Assembly: GCA_004284765.1 (NCBI GenBank)
Contig: NQJD01000029.1
Coordinates: 1 to 32,000 of the forward strand
Source of the DNA: Candidatus Electronema aureum
Lineage (GTDB): Bacteria > Desulfobacterota > Desulfobulbia > Desulfobulbales > Desulfobulbaceae
DNA length: 32,000 nt
Direction: 5' to 3'
Positions 22,397 through 29,211 of this stretch are shown here, in pieces. A program made the position numbers and the translations under genes. The first letter of the stretch is position 1. Each line of letters opens with the position of its first letter. Below the pieces are notes generated by a model. It was not told the DNA's origin, ran no database searches, and was given only the letters and a program-made list of their open reading frames with translations.

Positions 22397-23184
22397 AAAT
22401 CAGTCTAATCATAACTACCTACAACTGGAAAGAGGCCCTGGAGCTGGTACTGAACAGTGCCCTTCACCAGAAGAAAAAGCCGATCGAGATCATCATTGCT
22501 GATGACGGTTCTAGACCCGACACCGCTGAGGTCATTGGTAGGATTGCTGCTACTGCACCGATTCCGGTAATTCATTCGTGGCAAGAGGACAAGGGCTTCC
22601 GGCTAGCGGCTAGCCGCAACAAGGCCATTGCTAAAACGCGGGGCGACTACATCGTCTTGATCGACGGCGACATCATTCTGGAGCGGCATTTTATCGCCGA
22701 TCATGCTCGCTTCGCCCGCCCCGGCTGTTTTGTCCAAGGTACACGGGTACTCCTCGGTGAGCAGCTGTCTCAGAAAATCCTTTTCAATAAAAAAATGCCC
22801 AGCGACCCCATTTGTTGCGGCGATGTGGAAAATCGGAAAAATTGCCTGCGCTCAGATATCTTGTCCTGCATGTTTTCCTATCGCGACCGAGGTATGTACG
22901 GCGTGAGAACGTGCAACTTCGCCTTTTGGCGCAAAGATGCTCTGGCGGTAAATGGCTTTAACGAAGATTTTGTCGGCTGGGGGCGGGAAGATTCAGAATT
23001 CACTGCCCGATTACTCAATTGCGGTTTAGTACGGAGAAATCTTAAATTTAGTGCTATCGCCTACCACCTCTACCATCCACTCAGTGACCGCGCTCATTTA
23101 GAGGCTAATGATCAGCTCCTCAAAATTACGGTTGAGCAAAAGCTAACCTGGTGCGCAAAAGGGGTACGTAGTTATCTAGGGTAG
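22393..23184 (+). CDS. Family 2 glycosyltransferase (LPS core/O-chain type, with a galactosyltransferase-like C-terminal segment)
   Basis: 263 aa. KISLIITTYNWKEALELVL...IIIADDGS...LIDGD is the GT-A DxD architecture. FNEDFVGWGREDSEF is present. ATGA overlap with waaC. Confidence 0.85.
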   Translation: MKISLIITTYNWKEALELVLNSALHQKKKPIEIIIADDGSRPDTAEVIGRIAATAPIPVIHSWQEDKGFRLAASRNKAIAKTRGDYIVLIDGDIILERHFIADHARFARPGCFVQGTRVLLGEQLSQKILFNKKMPSDPICCGDVENRKNCLRSDILSCMFSYRDRGMYGVRTCNFAFWRKDALAVNGFNEDFVGWGREDSEFTARLLNCGLVRRNLKFSAIAYHLYHPLSDRAHLEANDQLLKITVEQKLTWCAKGVRSYLG

Positions 23185-23284
23185 AGCTGTACAAAGCCGT
23201 TTTTAGGCAGTATCATGAATACTGATAAAGTTCATCTGGCATGGCTGGAATCGAAAGCATTCATCAGCACGGGAGGCTGAAATC

Positions 23285-23542
23285 ATGAGCAGTGTGATGT
23301 GGATACTTTTTTTGGCCCTACTGGCCCTGCTGGTGTTGTCGCTGCTTTGGCTGATCTGGAAGCTGAGAAATTTTTCCCAGTCCCAAAATCAGACCGTGCT
23401 GGACGACCGGCTTTTACAAGCCATGCTCGGCGATGAGGTGCTGTCGAAAAAGGTGAAAAAGGCTTTGGTCAAAAAATCCGGGCGGATCGCTGATACTGAC
23501 GAAGAGGACGACGGGCAAGAGCAACCTCAAAAAAGCGATTAA
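23285..23542 (+). CDS. Small single-pass membrane protein with an acidic C-terminus (hypothetical)
   Basis: 85 aa. TM segment WILFLALLALLVLSLLWLIW, then a K-rich segment and a DTDEEDDGQEQ tail. GGGAGG lies 9 nt upstream of the ATG. I recognise no family. Confidence 0.5.
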   Translation: MSSVMWILFLALLALLVLSLLWLIWKLRNFSQSQNQTVLDDRLLQAMLGDEVLSKKVKKALVKKSGRIADTDEEDDGQEQPQKSD

Positions 23543-23550
23543 TCTCATCT

Positions 23551-25674
23551 TTAGGCTCCCAGTGCGACTCGAAAGCCAGCTCGAATAATCCGCAGGCCCG
23601 GCGAGAGGCAGAAGCGAAAATAGGAGCTGGCGAATTTGGCACTACTGTCCCATGAGCCGCCCCGTAGGACGCGGCCTGCACCCTGTTCTGCTCCGGCGGG
23701 ATTTCGCACTGGATAGACGGTGTAACTGTCCTTGATATACCAATCTGCACACCATTCCCAAACATTACCGTGCATGTCATATAAACCCCACGCATTGGGC
23801 TGCTTACCACCTACGGGCTGGGTTTTCCGCTCGGCATTGGTAACGTGCCAAGCATAACGGTCGAGCTGCTCGTCATCATCGCCAAAGCAATAGGCCGCAC
23901 TACTTCCGGCTCGGCAGGCGTATTCCCACTCAGCCTCGGTGGGTAAATGATAATTTTTGCCAGTTTGCCGGGTTAGCCATTCACAATAATCAGCGGCATC
24001 CTGCCAGCTCACGTTGATTACCGGTCGCTGGTCGCGGCCCCAGCCCTCGTCTCTGGGTCTCGCCCGACCTGTGGACATACAGAATTCGTCAAATTCAGCA
24101 AACGTGATCAGAAAACGGCTGATACCAAAGCTGTCCAATTCCACTTCATGGGCAGGATGCGTGTTATCCGGCCCTTGGCCTTGAATGTCGCCCATGCGGA
24201 AACGTCCGCCCGGCAACATAATCATCTCTGGCCCTATCTGCTGCTTGCTACTTTTGCGGATGAAAGTATCCTGCCAAGAAAATAGAGTGCCGTAGCAATC
24301 AACATAACGATGGAGATTGAAGCCGGAAAAATCTAATCTGCCGAGATATGGGCTTATGCCATCAGCCAATTCAAGAAAGCGCAAGAGCATGTCCGTGGCC
24401 CGTACTAAGAAGGGCAGTGGCTGGCGGTCGTTGACCAAGGCATAGGCGAGCAAAAATTCTCGAAACGTGGCATGGCTGAAGCGGAAAGCCCGCTCCGAGG
24501 TTTTGCTGAGAAGGGAACACTGATCAGGTTCAAATCGATCCAACCAGCAGGTGTTGGCATCCTCACAGAGCAGCTCCCACAAATCTTTTTCTGCGATTTC
24601 CTGCCGATTATGTTGCTCCATCCAACGGGCCACCCGCACACAGGCACTGAACATTTCCACCCGCTCCGGCAGTCGGGCGCAACCAGAATGTTGCTCTTGG
24701 AGAATGCGTAGTTTGCGATCTAACCAGCGTTGCAGCAGCGTTTCATAGATGGTGTAGAGATTCCAATATCGCCGCTCGTCCGCTGCTTCCAGTAAGATTT
24801 CAATTTGCTGAATCAGCAAAGGGCAATGCTGTAGGTCATCGATTTGATCAAGGAGCTGAAATGCCCGCGTTCGCTGCCGGGCTGCGCCAAAGCTCTGTAA
24901 GCCCAGATAGCTGCTACCGCTCCAAGACAACTTTTTGCGAATCAGTGCATGTACTTGCCGACCGTCAAGAGGTGAGAGATGCAAAACCGGGCAGTTGTAA
25001 CCGGCTAGCCCCCGAATGAGTAATTGTCCGGCAGGGCTGGACAGCACGTCAGGAAAAAAATGGCTGCGGCAGGTGATGATTACCCTGCGGAAACCCCAGC
25101 TCGCATCGAGTAGGTCGAGCAACCGGGCATGAACTCGGCCTCGTGCAACGCGGTCTTCGTTGAGGCCGTCGAGGAGCAGTACGGTATCGGACTTTCCGTC
25201 AATAGCTGCAATTTGGGCCAGCGTGTCCCCGCCGCCGAGGCGGAACAGTTCGCAGCGGCAGCCAGGTGGCCAAAATCCGGCTAACTGCATCAGCTTGATC
25301 ATAAACAAAAGGGAACTCTTGCCCATGCCTGCGTCTGCGAGCAGGAACATCTGATGGCTACCATCACGATTCCGAGGCTGACCGCCGTCCAAAAAACAGT
25401 TGAGCAGTGAGAAGGCCGACTGCCGAGGTACCGGAGCATGAAGCCCGCGCCGCCGATCTGCCGGACTGCGCTCCTGAAGATGTGGCTCGGCGTAAAATTT
25501 GACTAATTCTTCAGGATCACCGAATTCATCTCGGAGCAAATTCAGTTCTTGCGCCCGGTCTCCGGCAAGGCGGCATAGCCGCTTGAGCAGCTGCCCGGCC
25601 AGCGCGGAGCTGACAAAGGATAAGGGTTCCATCCCCAGTCTCACGGTTGCCTCCTTATGGATTTCGCTTTCCAT
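23551..25674 (-). CDS. STAND NTPase: short N-terminal helical region + NACHT domain + helical arm + C-terminal FGE-sulfatase (SUMF1-like) domain
   Basis: 707 aa. Walker A LLADAGMGKSSLL, Walker B VLLLDGLNED and sensor-like VIITCRSHFF are present. The C-terminal ~250 aa reads MIMLPGGRFRMGD...VINVSWQDAADYCEWL...YHLPTEAEWEYACRAGS...WGLYDMHGNVWEWCADW...RVLRGGSW...GFRVA. The start codon is uncertain: ATG 25674 has no SD, and ATG 25632 is an alternative. Confidence 0.85.
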   Translation of the reverse strand: MESEIHKEATVRLGMEPLSFVSSALAGQLLKRLCRLAGDRAQELNLLRDEFGDPEELVKFYAEPHLQERSPADRRRGLHAPVPRQSAFSLLNCFLDGGQPRNRDGSHQMFLLADAGMGKSSLLFMIKLMQLAGFWPPGCRCELFRLGGGDTLAQIAAIDGKSDTVLLLDGLNEDRVARGRVHARLLDLLDASWGFRRVIITCRSHFFPDVLSSPAGQLLIRGLAGYNCPVLHLSPLDGRQVHALIRKKLSWSGSSYLGLQSFGAARQRTRAFQLLDQIDDLQHCPLLIQQIEILLEAADERRYWNLYTIYETLLQRWLDRKLRILQEQHSGCARLPERVEMFSACVRVARWMEQHNRQEIAEKDLWELLCEDANTCWLDRFEPDQCSLLSKTSERAFRFSHATFREFLLAYALVNDRQPLPFLVRATDMLLRFLELADGISPYLGRLDFSGFNLHRYVDCYGTLFSWQDTFIRKSSKQQIGPEMIMLPGGRFRMGDIQGQGPDNTHPAHEVELDSFGISRFLITFAEFDEFCMSTGRARPRDEGWGRDQRPVINVSWQDAADYCEWLTRQTGKNYHLPTEAEWEYACRAGSSAAYCFGDDDEQLDRYAWHVTNAERKTQPVGGKQPNAWGLYDMHGNVWEWCADWYIKDSYTVYPVRNPAGAEQGAGRVLRGGSWDSSAKFASSYFRFCLSPGLRIIRAGFRVALGA

Positions 25675-25819
25675 GCGGTTGAAAAAGAGCGGGCGGGAAA
25701 AGCAGCCAAGGTGTTTTTTTCCGCTCGTTGCGGATACTCAGATTAGCCTAAAACAAGAACCAGTTAAACTTTTTTTTCACTGACAGGTACATCTATAGGC
25801 GGAAAAAGATGTATTGAGA

Positions 25820-25849
25820 TTGAAAAAGAAAGACCGCATGGGGTATAAT
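25820..25849 (+). promoter_or_regulatory. Sigma-70-type promoter candidate (TTGAAA-18 nt-TATAAT)
   Basis: -35 TTGAAA at 25820..25825, an 18-nt spacer, and a perfect -10 TATAAT at 25844..25849. It points toward the lipoprotein gene that starts at 25965. Confidence 0.4.
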
Positions 25850-25874
25850 CCTGCCAATCGCCAGCAAATTTCCG

Positions 25875-25904
25875 CAGTCGGCGGAAAAGCGGCGGCTGTT
25901 TTTT
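25875..25904 (+). terminator. Terminator-like hairpin plus T6 inside the 5' leader of the lipoprotein gene
   Basis: cagtcggcgg...gcggcggctg (25875..25898) folds with about 8 pairs, including one G-U and one internal mismatch. TTTTTT follows at 25899..25904. It lies about 20 nt downstream of the predicted transcription start and 60 nt upstream of the ATG. Confidence 0.3.
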
Positions 25905-25964
25905 AGCCTACATGCTAGATGCGGCTCCGCACTTGTGCAATAATTTAACACTTTGGAGATTTTC

Positions 25965-26411
25965 ATGAAAAAGACACATCTTATGGGTGCTGCTCTCACC
26001 GTACTTCTGTTTTCGTCGTGCGTTGGTGCCAACAAGGCACAGATGGGCGGCGTAGGCGGAGCGGCCGCAGGTGCTATTGCTGGCCAAGCCATCGGCAAAA
26101 ACACTGGTGCCACCCTGATCGGCGCGGCTGTCGGCGGTACGCTGGGCTATATTATCGGCAACGAGATGGATAAATACGACCAGCAGCAATTGAGCAGAGC
26201 ATACGAGACCGCACCTTCTGGCCAAACCACTTCTTGGGTGAATCCAGACAAAGGCAATCAGTATCAGGTTACGCCACAGCCCGCCTACACCGCCCCTAAT
26301 AACCAAATTTGCCGCAAGGCTGAGATCGTGGCAGTTATCGACGGCAGAACCGAACGCACCTACAGCACCGCTTGTCGCGATGGCTACGGCAGCTGGCAGC
26401 TGCAAAATTAA
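25965..26411 (+). CDS. Outer-membrane lipoprotein with a glycine-zipper (17-kDa surface antigen-like) segment and a C-terminal surface-antigen-like domain
   Basis: Lipobox LLFSS-C. Glycine zipper GGVGGAAAGAIAGQAIGKNTGATLIGAAVGGTLGYIIG. C-terminal W..P.....Y.V.P......CR........G......ACR..DGSW pattern. GGAG lies 7 nt upstream of the ATG at 25965. Confidence 0.8.
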   Translation: MKKTHLMGAALTVLLFSSCVGANKAQMGGVGGAAAGAIAGQAIGKNTGATLIGAAVGGTLGYIIGNEMDKYDQQQLSRAYETAPSGQTTSWVNPDKGNQYQVTPQPAYTAPNNQICRKAEIVAVIDGRTERTYSTACRDGYGSWQLQN

Positions 26412-26812
26412 TGAGTTCAGGTTTCTTCATGATGTCCACGAATTCCACTGCGGAGTTCGTGGACATCACCGAGCAGGCCCGGAAAGTAGTTAAGGTAGCG
26501 GAAATTGACGAAGGCATTCTTTACCTCTTCAACCCGCACACCACTGCTGGGCTAACCATCAACGAGGGCTGCGATCCAGCGGTGCGGCACGACCTGCTCG
26601 GCCTCTTCCAGCTGCTCATCTCCACCTCCTATCCCTGCTGTCACGCCGAGGGCAATTCGCCCGCCCACGCGCTGGCCACACTGACCGGCAGCTCTGTCAC
26701 GGTGATCATTACCAAAGGCGAGCTGCAACTCGGTACGTGGCAGCACATTTTTTTTTGCGAATACGACGGCCCCAGAAACCGCAAGGTGTTCTGGAAGGTG
26801 CTGGCCGGATGA
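26411..26812 (+). CDS. YjbQ/UPF0047-family protein (secondary thiamine-phosphate synthase-like)
   Basis: EFVDITEQ...GILYLFNPHTTAGLTINEGCDPAVRHDL...HAEGNSPAHALATLTGSSVTVIITKGELQLGTWQHIFFCEYDGPRNRKV is the typical UPF0047 pattern. The ATG at 26411 (TAATG overlap with the upstream stop) gives the expected N-terminal length. Confidence 0.85.
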   Translation: MSSGFFMMSTNSTAEFVDITEQARKVVKVAEIDEGILYLFNPHTTAGLTINEGCDPAVRHDLLGLFQLLISTSYPCCHAEGNSPAHALATLTGSSVTVIITKGELQLGTWQHIFFCEYDGPRNRKVFWKVLAG

Positions 26813-27063
26813 GCGCACAGCCGCCGGACACCGGCTTTTCCCAAATTTGCTTCGGCCTAAACCGGGAGCTTGACGAGTGCTCGCTTGCTCTCTTTCTCCG
26901 CTTGTTCAGCCGCGAGGAGCTGATGCACGCGCTAATTCCCCGCCTTGCTGATGAAGAAATCAGCAGCTTGGTTGATAATCTCACCGGCATTTTGCATAAA
27001 CATTTGGAGGAAAAGGAATATCACGAACTTTTCCTCGGTGATTATGAGCATCATCATTCATAA
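26809..27063 (+). CDS. Small cytoplasmic hypothetical protein (84 aa, helical, His-rich C-terminus)
   Basis: ATGA overlap with the YjbQ-family gene stop. The translation MSAQPPDTGFSQICFGLNRELDECSLALFLRLFSREELMHALIPRLADEEISSLVDNL...EHHHS has ordinary composition. I recognise no family. Confidence 0.5.
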   Translation: MSAQPPDTGFSQICFGLNRELDECSLALFLRLFSREELMHALIPRLADEEISSLVDNLTGILHKHLEEKEYHELFLGDYEHHHS

Positions 27064-27090
27064 TCTACGCCACGTAATTAATAATTATTG

Positions 27091-28233
27091 ATGAAAAAAA
27101 CATTTATACCTTTTAACTGGCCTTACATGACAGGGAAGGAACTTTCTTGGATTGCAGAGGCGCACTTAAATGGAATTCTTGCTGGAGATGGTCCGTTCAC
27201 TCAACGATGTAACGCTTGGTTAGAAAACCATACAGGCTGCTACAAAGCTTTATTGACTCATTCGTGTACAGCAGCTTTGGAAATGGCCGCGTTGTTGATA
27301 GATACTAAGCCTGGCGATGAAATTATTATGCCGTCATACACTTTTGTATCGACAGCAAATGCTTTTGTGTTGCGAGGAGGTATCCCTGTCTTTGTTGATA
27401 TTCGTGAAGACACATTGAATATAAATGAAAGTTTGATCGAATCAGCTATCACAGATCGAACGAGGGCAATTGTACCTGTCCATTACGCAGGAGTATCTTG
27501 TGAAATGGATACTATCATGTCGCTTGCTCAATATCATCAATTGAAAGTTATTGAGGATGCTGCTCAGGGCGTGATGGCTACATACAAAGGAAAAACACTC
27601 GGCACAATTGGAGATTTTGGTGCATATAGCTTTCATGAAACAAAAAATGTAATTTCTGGAGAAGGCGGAGCATTGTTAGTAAACGATAAAAATTTATCTT
27701 TACGCGCTGAGATCATCAGAGAAAAAGGAACTGACCGTAGCCGCTTTTTTCGGGGAGAAGTTGATAAATACACATGGCAGGAAGCAGGTTCTTCTTTTTT
27801 GCCAGGTGAACTGACTGCCGCTTTTTTGTGGGCTCAATTAGAAGAAGCAGCTGTCATTACGGCAAGAAGGTTATCTCTTTGGGATAAATATCATGCTACA
27901 TTTGCATCTATAGAGCGCGCTGGTCATGTACGTCGTCCAGTCGTTCCTGAAGAATGTGGTCATAATGCGCACATGTATTATCTCCTGTTGCGAGATATTC
28001 ATGAAAGGACTTCCTTTATTGAGGCGATGAAACAAGATGGCGTTAATTGCGTCTTTCATTATGTACCTCTGCATTCTGCACCAATGGGATTAGCTTCTGG
28101 ACGTACTGATGGTCTTTTGACTGTAACAAATGCAATATCAGAACGGCTCGTCAGGCTTCCGTTATGGCTTGGGTTAGAACAGCAACAGGAACGTGTCATT
28201 GAAGCTGTAGAACGTTTTTTTATAGGTCGTTGA
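27091..28233 (+). CDS. wecE: dTDP-4-amino-4,6-dideoxygalactose (TDP-4-keto-6-deoxyglucose) transaminase, DegT/DnrJ/EryC1 family
   Basis: There is near-colinear similarity to E. coli WecE as I recall it. Examples are LLTHSCTAALEMAALLIDTKPGDEIIMPSYTFVSTANAFVLRGGIPVFVDIREDTLNINE, PVHYAGVSCEMDTIMSLA, FSFHETKN, EIIREKGTDRSRFFRGEVDKYTW and HMYYLLL. The gene is markedly AT-rich relative to its neighbours. Confidence 0.9.
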   Translation: MKKTFIPFNWPYMTGKELSWIAEAHLNGILAGDGPFTQRCNAWLENHTGCYKALLTHSCTAALEMAALLIDTKPGDEIIMPSYTFVSTANAFVLRGGIPVFVDIREDTLNINESLIESAITDRTRAIVPVHYAGVSCEMDTIMSLAQYHQLKVIEDAAQGVMATYKGKTLGTIGDFGAYSFHETKNVISGEGGALLVNDKNLSLRAEIIREKGTDRSRFFRGEVDKYTWQEAGSSFLPGELTAAFLWAQLEEAAVITARRLSLWDKYHATFASIERAGHVRRPVVPEECGHNAHMYYLLLRDIHERTSFIEAMKQDGVNCVFHYVPLHSAPMGLASGRTDGLLTVTNAISERLVRLPLWLGLEQQQERVIEAVERFFIGR

Positions 28234-28320
28234 TACAAAATAAATGGAGTGTTGGATAGAGCTTTAACTTGCGTCATTTCTGTTTGATTATTTTTGTTCT
28301 GTTCTGCATTTGAGAAAAAC

Positions 28321-29211
28321 ATGTGCGTCGATCTCCACACTCATTCCGTTTATTCCGACGGTACTGCCACTCCGTCCCAACTGATCAGCATGGCTGTAGC
28401 AGGCGGCCTGACCGGTTTTGCTTTAACTGATCACGACACGGTAGAGGGCGTGCAGGAGGCGATGGTGCTGGGTGAGGAACAGGGAATTGCTGTCATCAGC
28501 GGACTGGAACTCAGTGCCCGCCACGGCGAGGGCTGTATTCACATCCTTGGTTACGGCGTAGATGTAGAAAATTTACAATTAGCCGAAGGATTGGCCCAAC
28601 TCCAAGAAGGTCGCACCGAGCGCAATTTGAAAATTCTGGCCAAACTGAACGGTTTGGGCATCGCCATTACCTCTGAGGAAACCGAACGACTTTCCGGTTG
28701 CGGTCAGACCGGTAGGCCACACATCGCCCGTCTGCTGCTGGCTAAGGGCTATGTGCAGACGTTGAACCAAGCGTTCACGCTCTACCTTGGCAGAAACAAA
28801 GCGGCTTGGTGCGACCGATTTGCCTATTCAGCAGCGGAAACTATTGCTATAATACACGAAGCTGGCGGCGTGGCAGTGTTAGCTCATCCCGGCATCATTG
28901 ATCCAGAACTGAAAGCGCAGCCGCAGTTGATCCGTGAATTAGCCGAGCGGCATTTAGACGGAGTAGAAATTTACTACCCCGGCCATAATTTCAAAATGAT
29001 TCAGCTTTTCAGCGGGCTGGCCAAGCAGCACCGTCTGCTGGTCACTGGCGGCAGCGATTATCATGGCGACAGCCGGATCAAGGGATTAGCTGGCAAGGCA
29101 ACCGGCTTTTTTCCGCCTGATTCAATTATGGAACAAATCCGCGACCGCCTGCGCGTTTCTCGAACCCCGACCCCGGAAGTATTACACCATGCAGACCATA
29201 CTTGTTGTTGA
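28321..29211 (+). CDS. PHP-domain metal-dependent phosphoesterase (TrpH/YciV-like)
   Basis: MCVDLHTHSVYSDGTATPSQLI...ALTDHDTVEG...GLELS...HILGY...GRPHIA...LAHP...GSDYHG are the PHP His/Asp motifs. I preferred the ATG at 28321 over the TTG at 28294. Confidence 0.85.
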   Translation: MCVDLHTHSVYSDGTATPSQLISMAVAGGLTGFALTDHDTVEGVQEAMVLGEEQGIAVISGLELSARHGEGCIHILGYGVDVENLQLAEGLAQLQEGRTERNLKILAKLNGLGIAITSEETERLSGCGQTGRPHIARLLLAKGYVQTLNQAFTLYLGRNKAAWCDRFAYSAAETIAIIHEAGGVAVLAHPGIIDPELKAQPQLIRELAERHLDGVEIYYPGHNFKMIQLFSGLAKQHRLLVTGGSDYHGDSRIKGLAGKATGFFPPDSIMEQIRDRLRVSRTPTPEVLHHADHTCC

